A stretch of DNA of 64,000 nt, taken from positions 641,005 through 705,004 of the forward strand of contig NMRA01000193.1 in assembly GCA_002633005.1 (NCBI GenBank). Reading direction: 5' to 3'. Shown one piece after another: positions 26,480 through 39,754 of the stretch. How positions within the stretch are numbered: the first letter of the stretch is position 1; each line of letters begins with the position of its first letter. The notes beneath the pieces were generated by a model, which ran no database searches, was not told the DNA's origin, and saw nothing but the letters and a program-made list of their open reading frames with translations. The translations under genes and the position numbers were made by a program. Origin of the DNA: Phoronis australis (lineage: Eukaryota > Animalia > Phoronida).

Positions 26480-26625
26480 CAGGCGTGCGTTCAGTACACG
26501 CTAGGACCTACGCTAGGACCTAGTGAAAGTCACGTGCTCTAATTTAAAATGCACGGCAATATCTCACGTAATCTCGCGAAGTCTTGCTTTTTAGCAAAGT
26601 CTTAGCGTTACTGAACGGTAGGCTG
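26480..26625. mobile_element. ~150-bp MITE, copy 2
   Basis: TIR CAGGCGTGCGTTCAGTA ... TACTGAACGGTAGGCTG; matches 3541-3696. Confidence 0.75.
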
Positions 26626-27002
26626 GTCTAATAATAACTTTAAAGTAAAGTCTGGTTTGGAGGGCTGATCTGTTTAGCGGTGTTTTCTTTAGCAAAAAGT
26701 ATACCAAACCTCTTCTATCAAAGTAGTTTGTTTTATTTCAAAACAAGTGTGAGGTAACTATGAACACTGGCATTTCATCACTTTAACTTGCTTGATTTAA
26801 GCGATAATTGGAGGAACAAGCACATCATGCAATTTATTCCAAACATTTTATTAGTATAGTTCGGTAGCAGCCCTTCATTGACACAAACTTGTTTGAAGGC
26901 ACGACAGTACTTTTTGTTAGAAAAAGTCTATACAATCTTTTATCTTCAGGCTTGCAGTTATGAAACAAAACACCAAGAGTTATAACGTACAGTGAAGTTA
27001 AA

Positions 27003-27045
27003 ATAGTTGCTATATTTAGAGACCAAATGTCTCATCATCAGGCAA
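27003..27045 (-). ncRNA. Degenerate hammerhead ribozyme core in the inverted pLTR
   Basis: CTGATGA-T-GAGAC-ATTTG-GTCTC-TAAA-TATAG-CAA-CTAT; GAAA is mutated to TAAA. Confidence 0.6.
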
Positions 27046-27419
27046 TAATGAGGTGAAAGGAACATGAGAACGAAACGAACAACGAAATAAACATGCATTC
27101 AACGCTGAAATCCAACACATAAAACAAGTTCTAGCAAACAATGGTTATACTGTCTAATTCTTGTTGGTACCCACGTTAGGTCATTCACATCTTGTATTGA
27201 CTCTAGTGTTGACATGAAACCTAGTGCTAGCACAATTAAGAACGTGTATTATAAGAACTGTATGCCTAATGATTATCTGAGTGACGAACATGTGCTTAAG
27301 ATGATTGTGAGAGATAACAATAAGGTCGTCAAACATGGTGATAGATTGAGTTATTTATTTTATAATATAAAGTCACTTAATCTTGAGATGGAAAATAACC
27401 ATAGTCGGGAAAGATTGCA

Positions 27420-28917
27420 GGGATGTTCTAAAACACCTTTGACCCCCACACCCCACAACCCCTTCAACCCACAACCCACGATCCCCTCGACCCACGACCC
27501 GCAATCCCCTCGGCCTAGTCTACACAAGCTCGACTCGATCTAAACATAGAACAAGCGCTGACTTGCAGGATCAAGGAGTTGGGCCGTGAGCTCGGCTGGC
27601 TTTTCCCCGTTTTTTGCAATTAAAAGAGTCGATTCGGCAAGTTTGAAAGCCAAAAACAGAAAAAAAAACAACGCGACCAAATCAATACACAAAACCTACC
27701 GAGAGCCGCGTAGATGAAGTAAAATCCAACGAGACATTATTCCGCCTATCGACCTCGATCTTCGGTCTCGGTTGACACGCGGAATAATGTCTCGTGGGAT
27801 ATTACTTCATGTACGCCAATCGAGGTACGCTTTGTATTTATCCCATACGCTTTGAATTCCTAAGTTTCTTTCATTTTTGGCAGATTTTTTGAAATACTTC
27901 ACTCAGACTGTTCACGTGGCGGATCACATCCTATATGTATATACGCGTTAGGTTGCAAGTTTTCTCTAGTAAAAGAACCAGCTTTAAATATAACGATTTA
28001 TTACTTGAAAAGAGATAACAAATATGAAAACAACGGCAACTGTACATTGAACTTCCTGAAACATCTCCTTAAAATACATGTAGTTAAATAACAAGATCAT
28101 TTCATACCGTAGTTACCGATAAATCGGCGCCTGTGTTGCATACGATATAATATTTAGCCATCGAAAACTACGACAGAACTGTCATATAATATTTTAACAG
28201 TCCTGTTCCGGATGTTACGATTGGGACCTGCTTGCACGTTGAGTGTTATTTACACTGCTGCGGTTGTATTACTTTAAACTATTTTCGGAAAGTTTGATGA
28301 TCGAATCAGCTATCGACGTTGAGTCAACATTGACCTACACTTTGAACTTTCCATGTCAGAGGTCACTGTTGAAGTAGTACGGAAGATGAATACGGAAAAC
28401 ATTATTACATGGCCGTATTGCTCTAGACTGATTCAACGCGTATGGGATAAAATCAAAGACCTACCAACGTTACAAATGTCGTTCCTGACAGAGTGCAATC
28501 ATCTCGTCTGCTCTTCAATGAATGACAGATCCAACCTTTTTGCGGAGAGTGCGAGGAACCAACAAATCTGTAATTTCATCAGTAAATACAGTTTGAAAAA
28601 ACAAACTGTTAACTAAGCAGTATTTTAAAGTTATATGGAGTATATTTTAAATGATTTTACAACAAAAAGCAAGTAATTAAAGTAGGAAATTATATAGACG
28701 CTCCTGATACTATTTCCGTGACAACGATAGCGCGCTCACAATGCCCTATTTCAGATCACGTTCTCACGCCACTTTCTGTTTTTAATCACCAGACTTGAGC
28801 CAGAGCAGACGCGCATGTACGTATGTCTTGTGGGAAAGTCACTCAGCGACGTAATAAGATTATGAAATATATAAAAAGTTTATGGGTGTGGGGGTCGAGG
28901 GGGTTCTAGAACAGTCC
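27420..28917. mobile_element. Non-autonomous TIR element (Mutator-like) inserted in the Penelope ORF
   Basis: ~34-bp imperfect TIR GGGATGTTCTAAAACACCTTTGACCCCCACACCC / GGGTGTGGGGGTCGAGGGGGTTCTAGAACAGTCC; TSD AAGATTGC(A/G) at 27411-27419 and 28918-28926. Confidence 0.8.
27685..28450 (+). repeat. Dispersed repeat family C, copy 2, with a ~107-bp internal palindrome (27709-27815); possibly Crypton-like
   Basis: Arms gatgaagtaaaatccaacgagacattattccgc / gcggaataatgtctcgtgggatattacttcat; homologous to 8140-8825. The Crypton assignment is inference only. Confidence 0.7.
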
Positions 28918-29390
28918 AAGATTGCGACCAGTGGCCAAATATTATGTTGTTTGTCAATTAGCATATCATATCAACTCATATGGACAAATGTCTTCGTCCT
29001 CATTCTCGTGAACAGCGTTACATTGGACACAGGGTGTCTTCTCTCTCCGGACGTTGTTCAATGCATTTGCGGGGCGGGTTCATTCAAGATCATGTTTAAA
29101 CCAACATGGCTGAAAAATAACTAGGAAAGAAATAGTAGACAATACCACCATTCGCTATGTAGAAAACGACACATTTGGGTTAAAGAGTTTGGAGATTTTA
29201 TTGATCAGTTATGAAAAACCTGTGCTGAATGAGCAGCTCATGTTTGTACCCTACTGTACGCTGGCCCTGTTTCGTTAGACTTGTGGGCTCCCTTCCGTGT
29301 CATACATTCACACTCTCTGCTTGCAGGCCCTTCTACCTGCTGTCACCGTTTATTTCACTATTTATTTCGCTCCCACGTTCATTTCACCTA

Positions 29391-29435
29391 TTCCCTGGTG
29401 ATGAGACACGTGGTCTCGAAGCATAGCAACTATTT
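29391..29435 (+). ncRNA. Degenerate hammerhead ribozyme core in the 3' pLTR
   Basis: CTGGTGA-T-GAGAC-ACGTG-GTCTC-GAAG-CATAG-CAA-CTAT; consensus with the other copy gives CTGATGA...GAAA. Confidence 0.6.
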
Positions 29436-29821
29436 TGACTTGGTTGTTCGTTATGTCTCTTGGTGTTTTGCTTCATAACTCCACATCTGAAGATAGGAGA
29501 TTATATAGAGACTACGAGCGGCTGTCTAACAAAAAGTACAGTCGTGCCTTCAACCAAACTGTTTCTTTTTGCAAATGAATATATACTTTCGCAACAACTT
29601 TTACTTCACAGAATCACAGGAAGCTAGAGACAGTCATTTTCAAACCATTGACTCGAGCTCCTGTGTCCAAAGTACTACTTTAAATGCTAGTATTTAGTCT
29701 CATGCCTCTATATGTAACGCTACGCCTGCATTTGGAATCAGCCGCAGACGCCTTTTTCCAAAACATTTGAGTATAGGCAGTGGATAGTGCTGCACCTGAA
29801 AGTGAAACATTGTGGCATTCA

Positions 29822-31120
29822 ATTATTGGGAATTTCAGGGTCACAGCTCTGCAAATGAATATTTCACAGAAGGAACCAGATGGGTTCCTCAATTACAAGA
29901 GATAACACACACATTTACGACACCCAATGTGTAATTGAGTATCGGATACTAAGTGGCACAGGTTACCATAGTACCAAATGGGTGTTGGTAGTCCTTCGGG
30001 TCCGAAGGTGACGTAGGTTGTGTGTCTCATCGTCTATGTACATGAAGATGGCTCTGCAGTCCCAGTCTTGACGCGCAGAGTCGAGCACAGGTGGGGCATT
30101 GGAACTCCGTCGTGGTAACAGTGGTGGATGCTGCTGAGTGGCGTTTCACTCGAGCAGCTTCGAGTCTCTGACAGCGGTCATCCTCAAAACTGGCAGTTGC
30201 TTTTCGAATCGTGGCTCGCCACTTTGGTCTCTCTCCTGCAACAGCTTTCAGCTCCTTGGGTTTGATGTTGCACCACTTCAGGTTGGCTTTGACGGTGTCT
30301 TTGTAGCGAAGTAGAGGGCGTCCTTGCTTCCTTCTCCCAGTCTTCAGCTCGACATACAAAAGCTGGCGAGGCATTCTGTAGTCCTCCATCCTCATGATGT
30401 GCCCCACCCATCGCAGTTGGGCCTTGAGTAGCATCGCTTCAATGCTGGTTGACTGGGCACGCTCTAGGACCTCAAGGTTGGTGATTCGGTCCTGCCATCG
30501 GATTCCTAGGATGGAGCGAAGAGAATGCATTTGGAAGCTCTCAAGCTTCTTGATGTGCCTGCGGTAGATGGTCCATGACTCGAAGCCATAGAGCAGAGAG
30601 GTCAGGACCACTGAAGAATACACCTTCAGTTTAGTAGACAGGCGGATGTTTTGCTCGTTGAGCACCCGTGTTCTCAGTCTTCTGAGTGCTTGGTTCGCCT
30701 TGCTTATCCTGGAAGCAATCTCTTTGTCTAAGCTGCCATCTTTTGAGATGACGCTCCCCAGGTATTTGAAGTGCTCCACATTGAGGAGTTGCTTGTTGTC
30801 GATGGTAATGACTGGCTTCCGGGGATTGGTGTTGGGTGCAGGTTGAAGAAGCACTTCTGTCTTGCCGAGTATATGGGTATATAATACCAAATGGGTATTG
30901 GCCGATTGCCTACCAAGTGGGTCGAGCAAAACGGCAGATTCAATAGCAAGTACCAAATTGGTACAACTGCCAAATGGGCAAATATCATATAATAAAGTAC
31001 CAAGTGGGTACATTAAACAGCCAACTGGGCTATAACAGCCTGCAAAGCAGGTTCCGGACAAGCTGAGTGAGCAGACCAGCCGGAGTGATAAAAACATATT
31101 GTAAGGAACGTGGTGTTGTG
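29822..31120 (-). repeat. Repeat family B, copy 3, interrupted by an RTE fragment
   Basis: 29822-29983 and 30873-31120 join into a sequence colinear with copy 2 (~14230-14620). Confidence 0.85.
29984..30872 (-). mobile_element. 5'-truncated RTE-clade non-LTR retrotransposon (RT thumb, C-terminal C2H2 finger, short 3' UTR)
   Basis: KTEVLLQP...VEHFKYLGS...LLYGFESW...QLRWVGHIMRM...GRPLLRYKD...CPTCARLCASRLGLQSHLHVH*; 3' hairpin CCTTCGG/CCGAAGG; TSD ATGGGT at 29978-29983 and 30873-30878; reading frame unbroken. Confidence 0.92.
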
Positions 31121-32867
31121 ATCACTATACGCAAAACAGTTCAGTGACTGTGTCCTCGATTAAATGCAACATTATTTAGGCTATAGGGTCATGTACCTAA
31201 GCACGTGTATTTACGTTACTGATGTAATGAACTAAGCAAAGTTCGCCACATATCTCTTCATTAATTTCTACACAAATTACAGGAATTGATTCATTAAAAC
31301 TTGAGTTGTCCTAGTTGGGACTAATTCTGAACCTGAATTTAAGAGCCTCTTGTTCTAGAGTTTACAACCTCAATCTAATGCTTGATTATGCTTGTTTTGA
31401 ACAAAACTATTGCCAAGTACACCTCTGGCTGTCTCTGGCATATAGTACGATGTAAAGGAGAGTTTGTTGTTTTGTAACAGTGCCATTCATGAAGTTAGTT
31501 TCATTGGTGAATTGGGGCATATGGCACTGTACAAAACAAAAAGTCTATGTATTGAATAGTTTACGAAAATAATTGCTAATTAAGGAAAATTTCAGCAGCC
31601 ATAAGAGTAAAGGTAGCACTTCTTTAAAACATGTCTAATGTGAAATCAGATAAGAGCACGGAAACATGCCACGCAGTGCTACAGGTAAAGCTGAACTTGC
31701 AAAATTCAAACTAAAGTAAATCAAATTAGTGGCTGTGAATAATTGTGCTAATGCAATCAGCCAATTCCATTCAATTTATGGTTTTAGCATTTGTAGTCAG
31801 GAATGTAAATTCTCGTATTAAGAAAATGCTTTATCCCTCAACACGAACCAAAATAATGTCTTTCAAACAAAGCTTTGAATGGAGCCTTAACACTTCATAA
31901 AATCAATGAATCCCAATATGTTAACAAATCAAGAATGTACAATAGGATACTAACAAAAGAATGTAGCTGCAGATAAACCTATAACATTCTTGAAGACATT
32001 GGTAGTGAATCAACTTCAGGGGATAAACTAAGTGCTTGTCATAGATCTGCTATTCAAAAGTTCGTGGCAGCAGGTCTCTACATTTTTGAAGGTCAGTGTG
32101 GCATATTTACTGATGTGGAGGATTTCTTTTACCATTGAGTGTATGTAATCAATAGCCTAGTGTTTATTGATGGTAAAATTCTCATTTCCTTGTCCTTCGT
32201 AATTTCAGTTTAGTTCTTTGTGTTTGTTTTGCAACTTACTGTATGTTTACATACTAAAGTCCACAGGCAGTCTACTACATGTATAAAATGGAGATATCCT
32301 ATAATTGTTTATTTTCAGCATTACAGATTTTATGCCTTCATTTTGAAGAAACGAATTGGTTATGGAATTTGACTTTTTCTTACTCCAAGTTGGACTCCTA
32401 TTTGTTACCTTCATTGCAACCCAGATCTCTGATTAGTCAGATTAAGATGAAGAACATGTCTCTCAATCTGACAGAGAAGGCATGTACACTTAATTTCTAA
32501 ACGTTTTTAAATCTCTCTGTTGGTTATTCATTTAATATATTTTATGCATACTGTTTGTAAATTGACGTCAATTATTAATTCTAAACTGATGTTCTTTGTG
32601 ATTTATAACTATTACCGCGCTCATTTGTAGCACTCAGTCATTTTGTTCTTCCCATAATATTTTTCTGACATCTCTTTGTTTAAATTTAATAGGTCGTCTT
32701 GGAAAATCAGAGTTTGGTATTTGAGATTTCAATCATGTGAGTTCGCTTTCTCCTAGTACAACCTCCAGCCACCCCAAATTATTTAATCTGTCCCCTTCCT
32801 TCCAGAGTTGTACCTAATAATGCACCACTCTGCTTGACGTCTATCTACGTACATGCACGATCTTTAA

Positions 32868-33184
32868 AGAAACATTCCGCCCTGTTTAGCTGTCTAAAGA
32901 AAGAAAAAACAAATTAGGCATTTTAGTTTCGCAAAATCGACCTCGTAATAATCTTTAACATAACAGTATCCAATTTCATAGGCAATGTGTGCATGGTCTG
33001 TTTTCAAATTCTCAGTTTTAGTGGTGGACAACCCCAATCCTATGCATTTTCTTGCGTTGCTGGTGATTTAAAAAACTTTCAAAACCTTGTCGCGATAATG
33101 TATGTTACGAGACGAATGTGGTGAGCATCGAAGGCCTAATTCGATTTTTGACAACTACATGTAAACAGGGCGTAATGTGGCTTT
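32868..33184. mobile_element. Kolobok-type MITE
   Basis: TTAA at 32864-32867 and 33185-33188; TIR AGAAACATTCCGCCCTGTTTA / TAAACAGGGCGTAATGTGGCT. Confidence 0.7.
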
Positions 33185-34394
33185 TTAAGACTAGTTAAAA
33201 GTATTTTGCTTTTAGCTAACAAATAAAAATTATAGTACAATTTGACTGATACTACAGTGTGACATTTAACTTTCCTATTCAGAAAAAAGGAGTTGTCAAC
33301 ATAATCCATGGTTGAAAGGAGGGAAGAAAGCAGTTGTGGAGGAGTTCAGTTATGCAATCAGAAAATGCTGGTGTGGGAAAGGCAACGTTTGAGCCAACAT
33401 GAAGATATCTAGTCTAATTAAGAACAGAACCCAAATCAAATTATGTTCTGTGTCTGCATTCTCTTTCAAAAAAACAGATAGTCAACTTAACAAGAGTTCT
33501 GTAAAACCAAGAACATTTTTAAAACCTTAAGTTGAGCAAACGTGGACTGTTATGGACGCTATTGATACGCTATTGAGCCATATGGATTTTTTTTGTTAAA
33601 TTCATTTGTTGAATAACGAATTTTAAATGAAATGAACCTGCCACAGTGATTGGCCTCTGCTGCACAGAACTGTATAATATTGGTCATTCAAGTAAATTGT
33701 AAATTTCAGTAATTATCAACTTTTGTGCACCGCCACTAACTGTTGCAATGGAGTCACTGAGTCACATAACCCTACTGTAGATAACTGGGGGTTTGAGGTA
33801 AACACGAACTCGTATGCTTTTACTCGTAAAAATTATATACATGGATTGTGAAACTTAATTTTTCACTACAAGGTCATGTTTTTCAATAATTGACTCCCAA
33901 TCTCGCGTCATTATGTAATTTTAAGACTATAGAAATCTTATAGTGACCAAGGTCAATTCATTATATGATTTGTACAGGCCATTACAGTAATTCTTTACCA
34001 TTTTCAGGGATAAACTTTAAAAAACCTTTCCGGACACGTGAAATTAGCGTGATGGTTTGTACCTCAGTAAAGTACAAGATTGAATGGCCTTGCACAACCG
34101 AGGTCATTATATCAACAACATGAGTTGGTATCGCGAAATAATGATTGATGAGTTAAATACCACAAAATTTGTAACAACCATATAATAATGAAATGCAACG
34201 TATATTTCCATAATTCTGTGTTTGAAATAACTCTCTGTTGGGTTTCATTTTGAACCAAATCAAAATAAACACATAAGATATAATACCATTTTGTGTTTTT
34301 TAATTAAACTACATGCCGTGGTCTTACTGCATGCAGGCTTAGTGGTCAGTTCGGAGCATGTATCCTTTTGATGTGGCACTTGGCCGCCGGTGTC

Positions 34395-34562
34395 CGGGTC
34401 ATGCAGTCAGTGGGCAGGTTGTGCCCTGGTCATGTAATCAGTTGGCAGTGTGTGTACTGGTCATGTAGGCAGTTGGCAGCGTGTGTCCTGGCCATGTAGT
34501 CAGTTGGCAGCGTGTGTTCTGGTCATGTAGTCAGTGTGTGTCCTGATCATGTAGTCAATGTA
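34395..34562 (+). repeat. ~31-bp minisatellite (GGTCATGTAGTCAGTTGGCAGCGTGTGTCCT), 5-6 units
   Basis: Units are visible directly. Confidence 0.85.
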
Positions 34563-34910
34563 CCGAATGATCAAGAAATGTTTTGTCATAAATGATTTCA
34601 GCCAGTTTTAAGATTCGGTGCCTGTTACAATGAACCAAGAATATTGACATGTATTATTGATCCGTCACCATTCTTATCTTTGCAGTAACTTGGTACCAAA
34701 TGCATATTCACGTAGTCAATTAGAACCAAAAAGTCAAAAGGCTTTGTACTGTGAAAAAATAAGTAGCTGCTATCAATCTTAATCTCAATCTTGCAGTGCC
34801 ATGCAAGGTTTCGCCCTGCTATAGTTTCTCTAGCACGATGTAGCCATTTGGGTCCAAAACCACTCATGTAGTCAGTTTGTACCCGGGTTCCGTAGGTGTG
34901 AGTGCGTGTG

Positions 34911-34912
<2 letters not shown>

Positions 34913-34957
<45 letters not shown>
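34913..34957. repeat. (GT)n microsatellite
   Basis: Visible directly. Confidence 0.95.
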
Positions 34958-34960
<3 letters not shown>

Positions 34961-36906
34961 GGCGCATAAAACGGCATAGCGAAAATGAATCACACGAACA
35001 AGCATGTAAAATAATATTTATGTGAATTCACACGTAAGGGGATGTGAGACTAATGGATGGTTTGGAACGATTGCATACGCAGGTGTAGCATAAAATATTC
35101 AAAAGCTGTCAGATCACAACGTTATGACAAATAACACTAAAACGGTAATTGATTAATTAAGTCAGACATGTGACAATGTTCAATGTTGTGCAGAAACACA
35201 CGTCCGCGTAAGTCACGCGCAATGAATACCTAACTGGTACACAATTTCAGTTAAAAGAGGAAAACTATACTGCTGGCTAATGCCTTGCGTTCAAAATCAA
35301 AATGAACACCAGGGCCTACTCAGACTGCTTGCCTACGAAACCAAAGCAGACCTTGAACATCAGAAGTCGTAAAAAATACTTGGTTGCGTACACATCCGAA
35401 AACAGAGGAACGTGTGTGCACCAGCGCGTTTGACTGACTCTTCGCGAATAAATAGCAAGGACTTTGCACGTGTAAGCAAAAGGCTGGCGTGCAAAATCAA
35501 AACGAACACCGTGGTTACAAATGTGTCACGTGCCTGCATCATGCACAGGTGGTGATCATGGGCACCTAAAAAATTTAAAATCGAACGCAGAGCCCAAAAA
35601 ACCCACACACAATCGTAACATGAACATTTACATGTAGTGACGTACAATTTAAAACACGCAGAGCACATGTGCGTCAGCGTAAGTGACTGATGTGGACTGT
35701 TCACCACCCTGCAAAATAAATTTGAACAACGTACGCGAAGTGTTGATATGCGCCCACCGTGTGCATTGCATATATTGCAGATACAATGGAGGTTACTATT
35801 TCAAACATCACCAAAAAAGGAACGTATGCCAGTAAGCAGAAAATAGCCTCTAGGGGGTGCTTAGAAAATCAGCAATGCTTTCTTCATCGCGAACATACCT
35901 GCCAAAATCCGCCATGAAAAATTTAACTGACGTGTATATACCAGCCCAGCCCACAAAACGGGTCCAACAAACCACCAGTAATTGTTATTTCTTCTGGTAG
36001 CATTTACGGTGCGCTACTCCTGCGTGTTTGCAACAAATTCGCGATCAAAGCACAAAAAATTGCCCAAAAAGCCGATTAGCACTGTCAATGTGCCACGCGT
36101 ACACATGCAAACCTAGTCTAAAGCGAGTTGGTTAACGATACAGCACCAAGTATAGTGGTTTTTGTAAAAGGACTGTGGATGCCAATAAACATGGGGCACG
36201 TTCCAAGAAACTGACTTAAAATTGATTTTTAACTTATGTCTTAGATTTATCTCAGTGTCCAAACTTTGAAACTTCCACAACAGGCGAGATCGTCAAAATT
36301 AAGACAAAACTTCAGTCAAATTTAAGATCTCTTTCTTTAGAAGGATTTGAGACGAATTTAAGTTTTATCTTAAAATTGACTGAATTTTAAGATTTGCCTT
36401 AGTGCTGAGCACGAGGATCTGTTCCCGACACCAACACTGAGTTTTGATCACGATAGTAGAAAATTAAGACATTATCCGTTCCACAGAAAATCCTTACCCG
36501 AGCCGTAAGACACAAATCTTGTAAAGTCAGGCAGCAGCTAAATCGACGTACCATACAAGGCCTTTAGCACGGCCTTAGTTTGTAATGTTAGACGTCGTCA
36601 CCGAACAAAAGTTCTCGAAGGTTCGAAGCACGTTGGGCGCCAAATGTAACAAATCAAATCTCCAAAGAACACCAAAACATGTATTTCATCTTAACACATA
36701 CATTTCAGTTCAGTTGCACATTACATACGCTCAATATCATATTTTCCAAAGAAGGAAACACACCCATCTCTGAAGCCTGTCTCTAGCGAAGTACCCGATA
36801 TAAACAGTCACGCCCCCATGATCCACGTAACAATTGAAAGGCTATACAGCGCACCGAGACTCAACGTAGACACTAAGAACAAGAATAAGAGAACAATAGC
36901 AACTAA

Positions 36907-39754
36907 ACTAGAAAGATTATTGAAAATTATATGACCTTTGCACCAAACGACCTCTTCCGGTGCAATATAGAATCTGATTATATAACGAATCAAAATTTAT
37001 ATACTGTCAAAAGTCATATGCTGAACGTACCTGCACCCAATTTGGAGTTATTTAGCCTCAAAGTAGGTCGGAAGAAGAATAAGAAGAATAAGAAGAATAA
37101 AATTGAAGAAAACCCAGGAACAACAGTACTCTGCGCTTACACACGCAGAGTAATAAGAATAAGAACTAGAAAGATTATTGTCACGGAGTGACAATAAGGG
37201 ACTCTGCGCGTGCGTATTACTGGAATTATTATGGGAAGTTACTGACAGCAACTTGTTTACCAATATGAAAAGGAATTCTTCAAATTGTAGGAGAAATTAC
37301 ATATTAATTTTTTGATGACCTTTCCACTAATTGACCTCTTCCGGTACATTATGAGCCCCGATGAGGGAGTAATTGTTAACTCGATTAAAAGTGTCGTTAA
37401 TGCTAATAATAACAGATGTTTTACTTTAAGCACTTCAGAATACAAGATGAATGAAGTGGTCCAACTTTCAGTAGAAAAATGCACCTAATGACCCCATGGG
37501 TGCACCAAATTACCCGAAAATTTAGAATTTAAACTCAATCGCACTTAATAAACAGATATGTAATTTTGAAGTCTCTAGCTCAAAATTTTAGTTTGCACTC
37601 AATGACCTTTGACCTATTTTTTCTGATTGGTTAAGTCTATTGCAAAGAAAAGTAGGGTATTCAATTGGCGTGTTGACTTACACCAGTGTGCTGAAATTGA
37701 AAAGAATTCCTTGAAAAACTTAAGATATATAACATTTTGAACATTACATGACCTTTGCACTAATTGACCCTATCCGGTGTATTATAAGCGTCTTTAGGTG
37801 AATCATTGCAAAGCCCATGAAAAATATGTTTCATGCTGAGAATCACAGTTGTCTAACCGTTGACACATCACAATACTTGCTGATTGAAAAGGTCAAATTT
37901 TCAGAAGAAAAATGCACCTAATGACCCCGTGTTTGCACCAAATGACCTGATACTTTGGATTCCGAATTGAATTACCTGTGCCAATCAGAAATGTGAATTT
38001 GAAATGTCTAGCTTAAAATTTTAGTTTTCACCAAATAAACTTTGACCTATTTAACCTGATTGGTTGACCCGATTACTTAGAAAAGTAATATTTTGAATTG
38101 TCATGTTGACTTATACCTGTGCACCGAATTTAAAAAATATAGCTTTAAAACTGAAGGAGGAGTACCATTGGGAAAATTATATGGCCTTCGCCCAAACGAC
38201 CCCTTCCGGTGCATTATGGAATATCATTATATAACGAATCAAAATTTATGTACTGTCAAAAGACATATGCTGAATTTAAAGAACGTACCTGCACCCAATT
38301 TGGAGTTATTAAGCCTCAAAGTTGGTCGGAAGAAGAATAAGAATAATAAGAATCAGAAGAATAAGAATAAGAAGAATAAGAATAAAATTGAAGAAAACCC
38401 AGGAACAACAGTACTCTGCGCTTGTACGCGCAGCGAATTAAGAAGAAGAACTAGAAAGATTATTGTCACGGCGTGACAATAATGGACTCTGCGCGAGCGT
38501 ATTAAAGGAATTGTTATGGAAAGTTACTGACAGCAACCCGGTTTCCAATATGAAAAGGAATTCTTTAAAATTGTAGGCGAAATTACATGTTAAAATTTTG
38601 ATGACCTTTCCACTAACTGACCTCTTCCGGTGCATTATGAACCCCGATTAGGGAATAATTGTAAAACCAATTTAAAGTGTGGTTAATGCTAAGAATCACA
38701 GATGTTTTACTTTAAGCACTTAAGAATACAACATGAATGAATTGGTCAAACTTTCAGAAGAAAAATGCACCTAATGACCCCATGGGTGCACCAAATGACC
38801 TGGAAATTTAGAATTCAAACTCAATCGCACTAAGTTAACAGATATGTAATTTTGAAGTCTCTAGCTCAAAATTTTAGTTTGCACTCAATGACCTTTGACC
38901 TATTTTTCTTATTAGTTAGGCCTATTACGAAGTAAAGTAGGGTATTCAATTTACATATTGACTTACCCAAGTGTGCTGAAATTGAAAAGAATTCCTTGAA
39001 AAGCGTAAGAGATACAACCTTTTGAACGTTACATGACCTTTGCAATAATTGAACCTATCCGGTGCATTATAAGCCTCTTTAGGAGAATTAATGCAAAGTC
39101 CATGAAAAATATGTTTAATGCTGAGAATCACAGTTGTCTGACGGCTGACACATCAGAATACTTGCTGAATGAAAAGGTCATATTTTCAGAAGAAAAATGC
39201 ACCTAATGACCCCATGTTTGCACTAAATGATCTGAAACTTTGGATTCCGAATTGAATTTCCTGTGCCAATCAGACCTGTTAATTTTAAGTGTCTAGCTCA
39301 AAATTTCAGTTTGCACCTAATGACCTTTGACCTATTTCACCTGATTGGATGACTCGATTACTTAGAAAAGTATTTTTTTAAATTGTCATGTTGACTTATA
39401 CCTGTGCACCAAATTTGAAAAAGATAGCTTTAAAACTGAAGTAGGAGTAGCATTTTGAAAATTACATGACCTTTGCACCAAACGACCTCTTCCGGTGCAA
39501 TATGGAATATGATTATATAACCAATCAAAATTTATATACTGCCAAAAGTCATATGCTGAATTTTAAGACTGTACCTGAACCCAATTTGGAGATATTAAGC
39601 CTCAAAGTTGGTCGGAAGAAGAATAAGAAGAAAAAGAAGAAGAATAAAATTGAAGAAAACCCAGGAACAACAGGACTCTGCGCTTACACGCGCAGAGTAA
39701 TAAAATTGAAGAAAACCCAGGAACAACAGGACTCTGCGCTTACACGCAGAGTAA
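36907..39754 (-). mobile_element. Second HINE array: deleted unit 36907-37153, full units 37165-38438 and 38450-39700, extra terminal module 39701-39754
   Basis: Same terminal hairpins, CTAG end, AAGAAT microsatellite and ~432-bp internal period (tccggt anchors at ~37340/37773/38205 and ~38626/39058/39491) as the 13-17.7 kb array. Confidence 0.82.

Larger units (their letters stand above)
26885..29560 (+). mobile_element. 5'-truncated Penelope-like retroelement with inverted pseudo-LTRs (26885-27095 and 29345-29560)
   Basis: Linker VYYKNCMPNDYLSDEHVLKMIVRDN (27244-27320). After the nested insertion, GIY-YIG remnants: RYIGHRVSSLSGRCSMHLRGGFIQDH, ITRKEIVDNTTIR, LEILLISYEKPVLNEQ (29015-29240). 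The two ends are reverse complements of each other. Confidence 0.82.

Noticed and set aside
30027-31097. 356-aa ORF as a novel chimeric gene
   Set aside because: The first ~75 codons are family B repeat read in frame by chance into a 5'-truncated RTE; the ATGGGT TSD marks the junction.
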